Part shown: in pieces, positions 41,054 through 50,668 of the stretch
Position numbering within the stretch: the stretch's first letter is position 1
Layout: each line of letters begins with the position of its first letter
NCBI GenBank assembly: GCA_951406725.2
Contig: OX597815.1
Span: 35,546,001-35,608,000 of the forward strand
Source of the DNA: Octopus vulgaris
Lineage: Eukaryota
Direction: 5' to 3'
Length of the DNA: 62,000 bases
Notes under the pieces: model-generated
The model's database searches: none
The model's input: only the letters and a program-made list of their open reading frames with translations
Told to the model about the DNA's origin: nothing
Program-made: the position numbers and the translations under genes

Positions 41054-41877
41054 TATTAAGGCAGTGAGCTGGCAGAATTGTTAGCATGCTGGATGAAATG
41101 CTTAGCTATATTTTGTCTGTCGCCATGTTCTGAGTTCAAATTCCACCAAGGTCGACTTTACCTTTCATCCTTTCAGGGTCAATAAATTAAGTACCAGTTG
41201 CTGGGGTTGATGTAATCAGCTATCTCCTCCCCCCCCCCCAAATTTCAGACCTTGTGCCTATAATAGAAAGGAGTATTATATAAAAACTCACAGCTTATTT
41301 TACTGGGTATGATGAGAAGTGTCAGCTGTCCACAGCTAGCAGACTAAGGTGACACTTGTTTACTAGTCATGCTCCAAGAACCCTGCGAAGAATTCTTGCA
41401 GTTCCAAGCAATGCTGATTTTTGTAAGTGTTCTACTTTCACACTTGCATCAGTCTTTTTCAGCCATGTTGGCAGCTGAGTGCTGATACTTCCAAGTGCAC
41501 CAATTACTACTGGTATCACGTCTACTCTCTTCATTGACCACAACCTTCGTATTTCCCACTTTAAATTGTTATAGTTGTTTATTTTTCTTCTTCTTTCACA
41601 TTGATCCTGTCTTCACGGGGGCATGCTATGTTGATAATCATGTTCTTTCTTTTTATTCACCACAACAATGTCTGGTTTCCTATGTCTGGTCAGGTGATCG
41701 CACTGGATCATTACATCCCACAAGATTTTGCAGTTCCCATTTTCAGTGACTCCTTCTGGGGATTGTTCATACCACATCTTTGCTCCTTGTAGGCCATGAT
41801 TTCCACAGAGCTCCCCATGGGTCATTTTTGCTACATTGCCATGGCGTCGTTTGTATTCACATTGTGCCAATTTTGGA

Positions 41878-41912
<35 letters not shown>

Positions 41913-44376
41913 GAATCATAACCTATCTTGGGATATCATCATAAAGGGTGGCAGATGGATTTTAGCTATATCTTTATATTTTTTTTGAGTTCATACCCTG
42001 CTGAAGCTGGCATAACTTTTATCCCATTTTCAAATATGTACCAATAAAATAAACTTGTTCTGCTCTTCAAAATCTACAGCTTTGTTTCAATATAAAAATT
42101 CTTTGATAGAACCTTTATATAAGGTGATGGATTAGCAGTAATGAGCACGTTGGAAAAACAGTATTTGTTCCAGCTCTTTATGTTCTGAGTTCAAATCCTC
42201 CCATGATCAGTTTTGTCTTTCACCCCTCCAGGGTTGATAAAGTTAAATCAATATCAGTCAAGTACTAGAGGTAATAGTTTCAAGTAACCCCTCCCCTCAA
42301 AACTATTGGCCTTGTGTTTAATTTATAAAAAAATTATTTGAACCTTTTGTAAGTGATGGAAGCAGTCAGACATTAATCTAAATACTTTAGAGACATCAAA
42401 CAATATTACTTGCTTATTTAATTCTGGTGCTTTACATTCTGAGATCAAATCTTACAAAGGCTGACTTTATCTTTTGGGGTCAATAAAATAAAATACCTGT
42501 CAAGCAACTAGAGTTGATTTCATTGACTATATGCTCCTTTAGAATTCTGGTCTTGGGCCAATAGTTTGAGTTCATTTCCATTCAGAGTCTACTCTATTTT
42601 CCATCCCTGCAGCCTCAATAAAATACCAAAAAATATGTTATGGTCAAATTTATTAAATAATATTTTTATATTAAAACAATTAGTGAAGGGACAGACAAAA
42701 ACACTGGAATGTTAAAGTATGTGTCAAGTTGTATTTAATTTCATACGTCAACATTTTAATTTCAAATCCCACTGGAATCAATTTTCAGCCTTTTATCTTC
42801 TAAAAGTCACTAAAATAAGTACCAAATACATGATGTAATTGACTTAAATGACATTACCCATCCCTACACATCTTTGGCCCTGTGCTGAAACTAAATATTA
42901 TCTAAGCATTCTTCTGCCTCAATAATGATTTCTAACAGTCAAAATTGCCATATATCATAAGGAAAGAAAGCAAGTTATTGATGAACCCCATTATTTAAGA
43001 GTATTCAACATTACAGGTTACGTCAATACAATTTTGACATATTGTTTTATATGTTAAAATTCCATCATGAAGCCAATTATTAAATGAAATACAATATTTC
43101 AACAGAGCTAATTCATTGTGCTAAGAGAAAAACCACAGTTCAAGGTCACTGGTGAAAGTTTGCATTGGCAAAACTACTTAATAAGATTCATAAAACAAGG
43201 AGGGGATCAGTTTTGATATTTCTCATCTCATCCATGTGTATACTAGTTTTTTGAACCGGTACATGTTAACCCTGTGTTGTAGGAAGTTGTATTAGGAAAG
43301 GCATCCTGCTATAAACCAATGTCCCACAAAAGTTCAATCTTGTTCATCCTGGCACAGGAAAGCAGACATAAAAACAATGACTTTGTCACAAGTACCATCG
43401 ACTATAACAAATATTCTCCTCACAAACTTAATTTATGAATGTTATGTCATAGAGTAGTTTCCACTGTTAAATGAAATAGTATATTCCTTTGAATATGCTA
43501 TGATATGCTGTTTATTTACACTACTGTAGATTTGGCTTCTCTTAACCATTTTACCCAAGTAGTGATATTCGTGAATAATGAACTTCCCCTTTCCCTCATA
43601 CTTTTACTCCTCATCTTCTAGTGTACAGCTGTTCCTTTGGAGTTCATAGTGTTGCAAGTTGCATTGCAACCTCAGTAATGCTGGTGGTATGGAAAAGTAT
43701 CTAATACACACTATAAAGTGGTTGGTATTTGGAAAGGCATCCATCTGTAGAAACCATGCCGAAGCAGACACTGCAATACAATGCAGTCTTTGGCCCCATC
43801 AGATCCCTTCAAACTATTCAACCCATGCCAGTATGGAACATGTACATTAAATTATGATGGTGGTGATGATGATGAACCCTTACACACTAACATGTAATAG
43901 ATATGATCCAATGACCAACAGATATTTACTAATATATGTTTATTTATATGTACTAATTTTCAAATGCTTTTCAGAACATTTTCCATGGTTCTATGAGTCT
44001 TGACCAGCTATATTCTGGTAGGCCAACAACTTCCTTGTGTGGTAACAAATCTCCTGTGTCTGGCCTCTATCTTTGTGGCAGTGGTGCACACCCAGGTATG
44101 TTTATTTTTTGACTGGAAGCTTACCTATATGATACAAAGCATTTGTAGTAATATTCAATCATTCTTTAATGAATTGGCAATTTTAAACTTACAAAGATTA
44201 TGAGAAATTGAGATAAAAATCTTGCCTGTTATTTTGTCTTTTATTCTTCATCTAACTTCTATGATTTTTAGGTATTTATTTAATATTTTATCTTTGATTT
44301 AGGTGGAGGTGTGATGGGTGCAGCTGGGAAACTTGCCGCTGAAAAACTTCTGAAAGATCTGAAGAAACTAAAGTGA
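7937..44376 (+). CDS. PYROXD2: Pyridine nucleotide-disulfide oxidoreductase domain-containing protein 2 (FAD-dependent, phytoene-desaturase-like fold); whole gene span, 16 coding exons, 589 aa
   Basis: Join 7937-8087,10463-10482,11193-11286,12138-12211,17237-17392,17680-17833,20438-20499,22506-22603,25536-25677,27952-28083,30031-30103,31293-31449,34676-34830,40840-40946,43975-44095,44303-44376 = 1770 nt, in frame, all GT-AG. Motifs [82 protein letters not shown] and [20 protein letters not shown] match PYROXD2 as I recall it. Confidence 0.96.
8270..8810 (+). mobile_element. Cluster of SINE family A copies (one with a duplicated core module)
   Basis: gactttgcctttcatcctttcggggtcgataaattaagtaccag at about 8330 and 8700; tail tgtccttgtttgtccactctatgtttagccccttgtggg at about 8415. 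Confidence 0.75.
9530..9775 (-). mobile_element. SINE family B (tRNA head, CORE-like ggcaccttgggcaagtgtctt region, internal TA/TG microsatellite)
   Basis: Reverse complement of ggcataggagtggctgtgtagtaagtagcttgc...ggttcagtctcagtgc...gtggatttagtagacggaaactgaaagaagg. Confidence 0.8.
9990..10300 (+). mobile_element. SINE family B, 3' two-thirds
   Basis: gtggatttggtagatggaaactgaaagaagccc, then (TA/TG)n, then ...ccagcatggccacagtcacatgactgaaacaagtaaaagag tail. Confidence 0.8.
10463..10482 (+). CDS. PYROXD2: PYROXD2 coding exon 2 (20-nt microexon)
   Basis: tttcAG|GACACAATGGATTGATCACT|GTaagt = (G)HNGLIT; completes the GxGxxG motif. Confidence 0.95.
11193..11286 (+). CDS. PYROXD2: PYROXD2 coding exon 3
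   Basis: cgcAG|[31 protein letters not shown]+G|GTaagt. Confidence 0.96.
11605..11745 (+). mobile_element. Degenerate copy of the hammerhead/Penelope-like tail seen at 18968-19140
   Basis: atgaaggcaggagaatacatcagccgaaac...acaaacaagatgaggac...tgtaaataataatgtacataattcctcatctc aligns to the minus-strand element at 18968-19120. The CTGATGA core has decayed to ataatga. Confidence 0.75.
12138..12211 (+). CDS. PYROXD2: PYROXD2 coding exon 4
   Basis: ctAG|(G)[24 protein letters not shown]|GTatat. Confidence 0.96.
13520..13850 (-). mobile_element. Penelope-like element (PLE) fragment encoding the GIY-YIG endonuclease C-terminus
   Basis: [39 protein letters not shown]...[18 protein letters not shown] (3' part of track ORF 13520..14086): CxxC plus YIG, R..xH and terminal P.LN motifs typical of the PLE GIY-YIG domain. 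Confidence 0.85.
13890..14240 (+). mobile_element. SINE family B
   Basis: ggcatggctgtgtggttaagaagc...gggttcagtcccgctgc...ccagcatggccacagtccaatgactgaaacaagtaaaag. Confidence 0.75.
14321..14406 (+). mobile_element. 5' fragment of the Helitron-like family seen at 49302-49677
   Basis: actagcagtatcactcagcgttgc...gaattggaatttttgaaaagtaaaaatttagcattatgtag matches 49302-49390. Confidence 0.7.
15295..16470 (-). mobile_element. RTE-clade LINE reverse-transcriptase fragment (frameshifted), antisense in PYROXD2 intron 4
   Basis: Track ORFs 16071..16409, 15677..16102 and 15274..15756: [81 protein letters not shown]. Confidence 0.95.
17237..17392 (+). CDS. PYROXD2: PYROXD2 coding exon 5
   Basis: ccAG|[52 protein letters not shown]|GTaaag. 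Confidence 0.94.
17680..17833 (+). CDS. PYROXD2: PYROXD2 coding exon 6
   Basis: tcAG|[51 protein letters not shown]+A|GTaagt. Confidence 0.92.
18290..18967 (+). mobile_element. Degenerate RTE RT fragment, sense in PYROXD2 intron 6
   Basis: ...[25 protein letters not shown]...[13 protein letters not shown]...VNLAKTKV...[19 protein letters not shown]; homologous to 15295-15900. Confidence 0.9.
18968..19288 (-). mobile_element. tRNA-headed SINE with (AAT/AAC)n linker, hammerhead motif and Penelope-like tail
   Basis: Minus strand: A-box TGGCATAGTGG (19283-19273), B-box GTTCGATTCC (19238-19229), microsatellite 19214-19141, hammerhead 19092-19047, tail with a GATGAGGA/TCCTCATC stem. Confidence 0.8.
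19047..19092 (-). ncRNA. Minimal type I hammerhead ribozyme motif (PLE-type)
   Basis: GACAC-CUGAUGA-A-GGCUG(GAGGGUAUAU)CAGCC-GAAAC-GUU/GUGUU: stem I GACAC:GUGUU, intact core, 5-bp stem II, palindromic AACGUU in place of stem III. Activity untested. Confidence 0.72.
20035..20200 (+). mobile_element. RTE 3'-UTR terminus with (ATG)n tail (family D)
   Basis: ggagtggttggcgttaggaagggcatccagctgtagaaactctgccagatc...atgctagcatggaaagtggacattaaacgatgatgatg. Linked to RTE because the upstream part of this UTR follows RTE ORF2 at 32667-33280. Similar copies near 12455, 21380, 39510(-), 40205, 43700 and 46510. Confidence 0.8.
20438..20499 (+). CDS. PYROXD2: PYROXD2 coding exon 7
   Basis: tttAG|(I)[20 protein letters not shown]|GTtagt; 62 nt, phase 1 to 0 fits the neighbours. 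Confidence 0.92.
21380..21550 (+). mobile_element. RTE 3'-UTR terminus (family D)
   Basis: cccactacactctcagagtggttggcattaggaagggcatcc...(GAT)n. Confidence 0.8.
22056..22290 (+). mobile_element. SINE family A with long tail
   Basis: aaggcggcaagctagcagaaatgttagc...gactttgcctttcatcctttcagggtc...ccccttgtgggtaataaagaaata. Confidence 0.8.
22506..22603 (+). CDS. PYROXD2: PYROXD2 coding exon 8
   Basis: tcAG|[32 protein letters not shown]+GG|GTaagt. Confidence 0.96.
24130..24745 (-). mobile_element. Full-length SINE family B with a + strand family A copy nested at about 24359-24580
   Basis: B tail at 24130-24358 and B head at 24580-24745 (both minus) are separated by gctggcagaaaccttagcacgccggg...gtagtaaagaaata, inserted in the TA/CA microsatellite. 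Confidence 0.85.
25536..25677 (+). CDS. PYROXD2: PYROXD2 coding exon 9
   Basis: acAG|(G)[47 protein letters not shown]|GTattg. Confidence 0.96.
26500..26840 (-). mobile_element. piggyBac transposase remnant
   Basis: [45 protein letters not shown] matches the piggyBac MGGVD..DQ...Y....R..KWW...F..A..N.Y..Y block around the third catalytic Asp; stops follow. Confidence 0.8.
27118..27334. mobile_element. Mariner-derived MITE
   Basis: ggggtgctgtaaagttcctggctt ... aaagccaggaacttttcaggagcccc inverted ends; interior has the mariner 3' motif ctgagaggggaatatgttgaa. Confidence 0.65.
27952..28083 (+). CDS. PYROXD2: PYROXD2 coding exon 10
   Basis: ccAG|[44 protein letters not shown]|GTcagt. Confidence 0.95.
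28345..28445. repeat. 22-bp minisatellite, about 4.5 copies
   Basis: atagcaagatgtttgatgtgat / ataacaagatgtttgatgtgtt / acagcaagatgtttgatgtgat / ataacaaggtggttgatgtgat. Confidence 0.85.
28715..29070 (+). mobile_element. CR1/L2-type LINE 3' end with (TTA)n tail
   Basis: [32 protein letters not shown] resembles the CR1-group ORF2 C-terminus (R..FF..RV...WN.LP..VV....SFK); followed by a 3' UTR and (ATT)n. Confidence 0.75.
30031..30103 (+). CDS. PYROXD2: PYROXD2 coding exon 11
   Basis: tcAG|[24 protein letters not shown]+G|GTaaga. Confidence 0.95.
30830..31075 (-). mobile_element. RTE 3'-UTR terminus (family D)
   Basis: (CAT)n then the reverse complement of the family D terminus, plus one tandem unit. 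Confidence 0.8.
31293..31449 (+). CDS. PYROXD2: PYROXD2 coding exon 12
   Basis: ttAG|(V)[51 protein letters not shown]+AA|GTaata; lies inside track ORF 31247..31453. Confidence 0.95.
31480..31860 (-). mobile_element. SINE family B (degenerate)
   Basis: Tail, microsatellite and gtagaagacacttgtccaaggtgcc core in reverse. Confidence 0.7.
32667..33280 (+). mobile_element. RTE LINE ORF2 C-terminus followed by its 3' UTR
   Basis: [13 protein letters not shown]...[29 protein letters not shown], then (frameshift) [21 protein letters not shown]...; then the UTR with gtggcatgtaaaagcacc units. Confidence 0.9.
34202..34584 (+). mobile_element. Full-length tRNA-derived SINE family C inserted in (TA)n
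   Basis: tggaggcgcaatggcccagtggctagggcagcggactcgcgg...ggtttcgattcccagaccggg...taaccgacggagtgcttcc; near-identical to 56892-57277. Confidence 0.9.
34676..34830 (+). CDS. PYROXD2: PYROXD2 coding exon 13
   Basis: gaaAG|(K)[51 protein letters not shown]+G|GTaagc. Confidence 0.95.
35340..36200 (+). mobile_element. RTE 3'-UTR fragments including a tandem array of about 65-bp units
   Basis: Repeated gagcgtg..cgttgccagt...actggc...gtgcc.gtggcacgtaaaaagcacc units at 35780-36020, followed by the family D terminus and (ATG)n. Confidence 0.8.
36234..36617. mobile_element. Tigger/pogo-type MITE
   Basis: TA|CAGTAGAACCTCACAGTA ... TACTGCAAGGTTTCACTG|TA imperfect TIRs with TA flanks; no ORF. Confidence 0.75.
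36640..37010 (-). mobile_element. SINE family B
   Basis: Tail, microsatellite, core and tRNA head in reverse orientation. Confidence 0.75.
38530..39120 (-). mobile_element. RTE 3' UTR with about 5 tandem units
   Basis: (CAT)n, the family D terminus in reverse, then repeated ttttacgtgccac.ggc units to about 39010, and the ctgcttgcaaagacc...gaggcaagtgaaatc block that is also at 33100. Confidence 0.8.
40285..40480 (+). mobile_element. SINE family C (shorter variant)
   Basis: tggaggcgcaatggcccagtggttagggcagcggactcgcgg... to ctgtactctttc, then a divergent tail. Confidence 0.8.
40840..40946 (+). CDS. PYROXD2: PYROXD2 coding exon 14
   Basis: ccAG|(V)[35 protein letters not shown]|GTgagt. Confidence 0.96.
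41280..41878 (-). mobile_element. R4/Dong-like LINE 3' fragment (restriction-like endonuclease) adjoining (TAA)n
   Basis: [17 protein letters not shown]...[42 protein letters not shown], then [19 protein letters not shown]; (TAA)n at 41879-41912. Confidence 0.85.
43975..44095 (+). CDS. PYROXD2: PYROXD2 coding exon 15
   Basis: tcAG|[40 protein letters not shown]+G|GTatgt. Confidence 0.96.
44303..44376 (+). CDS. PYROXD2: PYROXD2 coding exon 16 (terminal)
   Basis: ttAG|(G)[23 protein letters not shown] (TGA 44374-44376). Confidence 0.95.
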
Positions 44377-44513
44377 AAACAATTCTTTTCTCTTCTAGTG
44401 TGAGATGAGGAAAATTTTAGTCTTCTGTTATAATTCCTTTGACACTTAGGATGCACAGAAGGAATATTAACTAACTACAGTATTTAGCTGATATTTTCTT
44501 TCATCAGCTCCAG

Positions 44514-44519
44514 AATAAA
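44514..44519 (+). terminator. Candidate polyadenylation signal of PYROXD2
   Basis: First AATAAA after the stop codon; another lies near 44633. The true 3' end cannot be determined from sequence alone. Confidence 0.3.
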
Positions 44520-46509
44520 AGCAAAGATTGACCTCCAGCTCACAAAAGGCCATAACTAAACCCTGTTAGGCATTTTGTCTGCTGCTGTAATGATTTTGTC
44601 AACTGAAAAAGCATAACTAAAAAGGATGATAAAATAAACTAATGAAAAACTGAGGGAAAAAAATAACACAAATTTAAGACCTATATGTAATATATTGATT
44701 TCTTTCAACTTGTCTCTAAGATCCTACAGTTTCATGAGTGAAGAAATATAATGCTCAGGCATTCAGGCTTTTCCCAAAGGTGCTTGCAGTTTATGTAAAT
44801 GAATCTTTGTCAGTTTCAGCAATGTATATTTCAGTTGTTTAATCAATTGAACTATCTATTGAAGACAAATGTAAGTAATTAAATGTTCCACAGACACATG
44901 TATTCATAGCATAATTCTCAAACAGAATCATCATGACACAGTATGTGACAATGACGGGCCCTTTGAATCATGAGTAAAATCCATCTGATGGGTTTCTACA
45001 ATTTCTAGCTTTTCAATTCTATTCACAGCAATGGGTCTACCAGGGATTATGGCAAAAGATACCCCACCTTGTTCAAGATGTCAATGGTTGTAAGATTGAA
45101 CCTGAGATCTTACAATTGAAACTGGAATTTCTTAGCTTATATGAAAAATAAATGGCATAAAACAAGAATCAAAACCATATTGTCATATCTGTTTACCAAA
45201 ATATAGATAGATAGAGAGAGGGGGGGAGAGAAAGAGAGAGAAATAACAGGATTTTATGAAGTAGGGGCAGGTTGGATTGATTAAATCTGTTGATCTCAAA
45301 GGAATGAAAGAGAAGGTTGGCACCAATCTATAAATTCTATAATTCAGTCTCCAAATTTTGTTGACTTGCCTTTTCATTTTTGGTTTATTAAAAATTAATG
45401 CAGCATTATGAATATTTATTGCAGACCTACGCAAACTTGTTCTAAATTAATCTAAACATAAATCTTTGATTTGTCATGTTATGTATGAGGTGGATTGTTT
45501 GACGTCAATGTTACACTGTTTTAAGTCATCCTTGTTGGCTGAATGGCTGAATTAAACATAGCATCCGACACAAAACAATAAGATGCCAACAAAGAATTTT
45601 TAATGAGCTTTTCATGATGTATCCAATGACTTAATAAATGGGTAGTTTTACAGGAAAGTCTAAATATGTCAACGTCCTACATTCTACCTTTCAAAAACTC
45701 TTGTCTTGAAAACAAAAACAATAAAAATGTTCCAGATTTTGGTCTCTGTAAGAATGAGATCATGAGTAACAGAAAACTGATATGGGAAGATATAATACAA
45801 ACTGATACTTTTCTGTTTGTATATAAATATAATACCATTCACCATCTGCTACACATGATTATGTATGATCAAAGTATTTCTCCCGCTACTACCACTAATA
45901 GCATTTCAGGGTAGAATATTAACAGAAGGGTGAATACTTGCTTTTGACTTGTTTATCAAATATCTCATGTCTGTACCCATAATTTAAAATGTGTTCTACG
46001 TAAGTAGCAACCATAGTCATGTGTTGAGTTACAAAGAAAAAAGTAAATCAAAGCAGAGAACTTGACATGCTGGTTTATATTCCCAACTGTAAACATTCTA
46101 CTTAACATTGTCAGTGTCCCTCAAAAAGTGAAAATGTGCACTCTAATTTCTCCAACTTTATATCCAAAACATGTTGCCTGTAAACAAAAATTTAGTATAT
46201 TCTATATACCTACATTGATTTGTATATCATAATAATTTATGACAATGATGCTACACTGGTATTTTGTTTTTTTAGTTTGAACCCTCAGGTCTTTTAGCTT
46301 ATACACCTCCTAGATTGATTTTGCTTTTCAACCTCTGACATCTTGAAAACAATTCCAGTTATATAATTTGAGTCAATATTACATTACCTAGTTGAAAATA
46401 CAATGTATCTGTTTCCTATAGATGATGTCATTGAAATATTTACAATAATACTTTTTCAAAAAAGTAAAAAAATTTTTTTTCATAAAATACTGATAAATTA
46501 TTAATAGTA

Positions 46510-46770
46510 AATGGTGGCACATAAAAATCACCATTTGAGCGTGGTCGTTGCCAGTACCGCCTGACTGGCCCTCATGCCGGTGGCATGTAAAAGCACCCAC
46601 TACACTCTCAGAGTGGTTGGCATCAGGAAGGGCATCCAGCTGTAGAAACTCTGCCAGATCAGATTGTAGCCTGGTGCAGCCATCTGGTTTGCCAGTCCTC
46701 AGTCAAATTGTCCAACTCATGCTAGCATGGAAAGCAGACATTAAATGATGATGATGATGATGATGATGTC
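46510..46770 (+). mobile_element. RTE 3'-UTR terminus with one tandem unit
   Basis: ggtggcacataaaaatcacc...cccactacactctcagagtgg...(ATG)n. Confidence 0.8.
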
Positions 46771-47219
46771 ACAAAATATGGCTTTATAATTTCAAGTTCA
46801 GTATTTTTGACATTTACGTTTTTCGTAAAGCATTTAAATAAATTTCACTAAAACTCTATAAAGCCAATACTTAACCATGTTTTATACTGCCTTTGTGTAA
46901 TTAATTGAAAATTCAAAAATTGGAAATTAGATGGTCTTTCAACCATTTAATTTTGTGAAATTAGATGGTTGAAAGACAAACCTCAGTGTTCCACAGCTGA
47001 CATTCCTCTACAGATAGTATTTATCTCCACTCAAACGTGAATGTTCTATTAGAAGAAACTTTATTGCGTTAGTTACCACAAGGGAAGCTCTTATATTGTC
47101 TTTGGGTACAAAATGCACTCTTGTTTATATCACTAGTGGGGAATTAGATCCCTGCTACCTCCAACTCTGAGACCACCAAATCACGTGATTTTGACCTTGT
47201 TTGGTCTTGTCAGGCAGCA

Positions 47220-47670
47220 TATGGATAAGGACAGCTGCATAAAGGGCTGAGCTCTAATTGTGGAGGGTACCTGTGGAAGGGGTAGACCCAGGATGATGTG
47301 GGACGAAGTGATGAAGAAGGATCTCTGGATGCTGAGTCTCACTGAGGAAATGACAAGGGGCTGGGAGTTGTGGCAATTAGCTGTACTTGATAAGATGCAT
47401 CAAGCTAAGTAAAAATGCTGTCTTCCACACATACAGGTTTGTCTTTTCAGATGCTAGTGCCATTTAAAAAGCACCCATAAGGATGCTGCATTAACACACG
47501 TGTGTCAGTACTGCATAAACGCACCCAGCAATTGGCATTAGGAAGGGCATCCAGCCATAGAAACTATGCCTCAGTTGGAGTCCAATAGGCTCCCTGCTCA
47601 CCAGCTCCATGTCAAACTGTTCAACCCATGCCAGCATGGAGAGCAGACATTAAATGAGGATGATGATGAA
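47220..47670 (+). mobile_element. Degenerate RTE C-terminus plus 3' UTR
   Basis: gtggagggtacctgtggaaggggtagacccagg ([10 protein letters not shown]) to ccatgccagcatgga...gatgatgatg. Confidence 0.7.
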
Positions 47671-48464
47671 GGCCTGCTCACTCCCTCAATTTATACATTG
47701 TGTCTGGTGAGACTGGTGTTCTCTGAAAATGTTCAAAAACCCCAAATCCCCAGAGCATTACTGCGAGTGATTTCAAGGGAGTGGAATAGGCAAGTGTTCC
47801 AACAAACATCATCTGACATGTCAGTAAGAATACTAACTCAAAAACCTATTTTTTTATCAGCACACCTCTCACAAATGTCTCATAAATTGGAAAGCTAAGT
47901 TATCAAGATTGCAATATTTCAGTGTCATATTTCATTCAGTTACGGGGAGGGGGAATAATGTCTCATCCATTTCTGTCACATGCTTAGAGTTAAGTATTAG
48001 CTACAGACATGCTTTGGCCATATTGGAGCCTCACTAGTGGGGCATAATCAAACTTGATCAGGGGCATTTCCGAAAATATTTGCGAAGATTTTAACCATTT
48101 GCATAATTAAAAAGAAATAATAAATAAAATAAGCTAAGGGAAATAATTCAATTGCTCTGATGGCATGAATTTGGAATGACGTACGCAAGTTTTTGTTTTT
48201 TAAATTGAAATCTCCCTCGTAGTTGGAGAAAGAAAATAAAAACTTATCAGCAATTGTTAGTAACTCTCACTATTTTCGAACGAGCTGTGGTTGATTTCAT
48301 TATGCTCCTACGCTTATTAGAGTTATCCTGTTATCTCGGACTCCATCTAGCCAGTAGTAACAAAACAGATATTTGTGATTTTATTTTTTTGTCATATCAA
48401 GTCATGCGCATTTGTCTGTCAATGATTCAGCATTTATTGTCAGATATATTCTTTTCTACTCTAG

Positions 48465-48845
48465 GCACAAGGCCCGAAATTTGGTGGGAGGAGACCAATC
48501 GCTTAGATCTACACCAGTACGCAACTGGTACTTAATTTATCGACCCCGAAAGGATGAAAGGCAAAGTCGACCTCTACGGGATTTGAACTCAGAACGTAAA
48601 GACAAACGAAATACCTATTTCTTTACTACCCACAAAGGGCTAAACACAGAGGGGACAAACAAGGACAGACAAACGGATTAAGTCGATTACATCGACTCCA
48701 GTGTGTAACTTGTACTTTATTTATTGACCCCGAAAGGATGAAAGGCAGAGTCGACCTCGGCGGAATTTGAACTCAGAACGTAGCGGCAGACGAAATACGG
48801 CCACGCATTTCGCCCGGCGTGCTAACGTTTCTGCCAGCTCACCGC
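48465..48845 (-). mobile_element. SINE family A, two core modules
   Basis: Head, core, long tail, then a second B-box/core and short tail, all in reverse. Confidence 0.85.
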
Positions 48846-49301
48846 CTTTATTATCATTGACTTCTTCATTCCATCTCGCCAGTTACACAAAGAGAGAGAG
48901 AGGGGGGATGTCCACCCTTTCCCCATATGCGCCGGTTTCTTTTTTACATTCTTGAACATCGCGCATTTGATCGAAACCTTGTCTGATTCTTATACTCGTC
49001 CAGTTGTGGGACTGTAGATTAATTTATCTATTTAAGTGACAGATGATAAAGCTTAGTTAACCGTTGAAAAATAACCTGTTTACGAGTCAATACTGAGCAC
49101 TTAACTTCAATGACTGCCACTTTGTAAAATGTTCCGGTGTAGGTTGTTTCTTTATGATATTTTAATGTTGAGGAATATTTGGAGAATAAGTGAAATGGGT
49201 ATTGAAGTATTGGTGTGATGTTAATCAACGTGATGTCCTATAATCAAATCAACTCCAACGTTGTTTAGATAACATTTATATTAACAGAAGTGTATCACAA
49301 T

Positions 49302-49677
49302 ACTAGTAGTATCGCCCGGCGTTGCTCTGGTTTGTTTCAACACTTTTGAATTGGAATTTTTGAAAAGTAAAACTTTAGCATTATGTAGCTTGTTATTCTC
49401 TTTAAGTGAACATTTTTCTGGTTGAAATAAACCGAAAAATGGCGACACAGCAGTCAAAAAATCGTAAAAAATAGGGATTTTCATAGAAAAAACTTCACCT
49501 TTTTTATGTAAATAATTTTTGGTGTTAACATGGTCCGATTTGAATTTTATCTTCTACAGAATGAAGAGCAAGCCTTTTTCTATCATACTCTCAATTTTGG
49601 TCAACTTGCGCCGCAGGGTCTTGAAGGCTACCGAACCTGCCACACACAGACAACTTCAGCTTTATATATATATAGAT
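49302..49677 (+). mobile_element. Non-autonomous Helitron/Helentron-like element
   Basis: 5' ACTAG...CGCCCGGCGTTGC and 3' cacacacagacaacttcagctttatatatatatagat ends with T-rich flanks, no TIR and no ORF; this end pattern resembles Lep1-type non-autonomous Helitrons. Confidence 0.6.
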
Positions 49678-50004
49678 TTACATAATTACATAGTGGCTTG
49701 CCTATAGTGTATTGGTGATGTGCTACAAGCAAGTGTAGTTCGTAGTTGCATTACTAATAGAAAGGATTAGTTTTGCGTGAGAGGTGGGGAAAATACTTTA
49801 TCATTGTCGATGATGCTTTTTATCTGCGGTTGAAAAAACTTGTCAGTGCAACTTGTATGCACCTCTGGCTTGTTTTTCTTTAAGAATTAGCTGGTTATTC
49901 ATTTGTGCAGCGCAAGGTGAGGATATTGTGTTTGTGGTACGTGTTTAGAGAAGTGCATTGAAGGTAAAGTAATTCCTTTTAACACGTGTCTAACAGCAAT
50001 CAAG

Positions 50005-50330
50005 AATCCTGGAGACTTCTCGAACTTTGTGCTGACTTGGAGCAAATGCAAAAATTAATTCTACCCGAGTAAGTGAAACGAATACGTAAACGTTTAACAG
50101 TCATTGTTTTAAGTTAGTAGATACCACTGTGTATAAGTGGCAACAGCTCAACGAGAGTCCAGTTGTTGTTTAACTCAGTCGACTTAGACCCATTATCAAA
50201 GGCATTTCAACTACAGGAACTCCGACAGAAGTTTCATAAGGAGCATTAAAACTTCTTTTGGGATCAGGGAGAGGGAATCTCCTTTCAAACTTTGAGGAGG
50301 CGGGAGTTTTTTTTAGAGAGAGAAAGAAGT
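50005..50330. repeat. Left arm of a ~300-bp inverted repeat (partner at 52385-52690)
   Basis: For example ggcatttcaactacaggaactccgacagaagtttcataaggagca is exactly reversed at about 52476-52520. Confidence 0.85.
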
Positions 50331-50596
50331 CAATGAACAGGTCGCGGTCTCAAAACGACGAAAATATTTTGACAAATTAAATTTAAATGTTGAAGTGAAT
50401 CTAACGGTTTTTGTGTGTTTCTTAAATGGCTTATAAACACTTTCCACGCTGCAATTATTTTCGTTCCAGCACACGATCTCAGATCAGGTCACTTGCTATG
50501 CAAGTACATCTCCGTAAGTCATTTATTAAATGTCAGTAAATGGAAATATATTAAATGTTTTCAAATTTGGCTTTGTATCTGTTTTAGGAATGTTTC

Positions 50597-50668
<72 letters not shown>

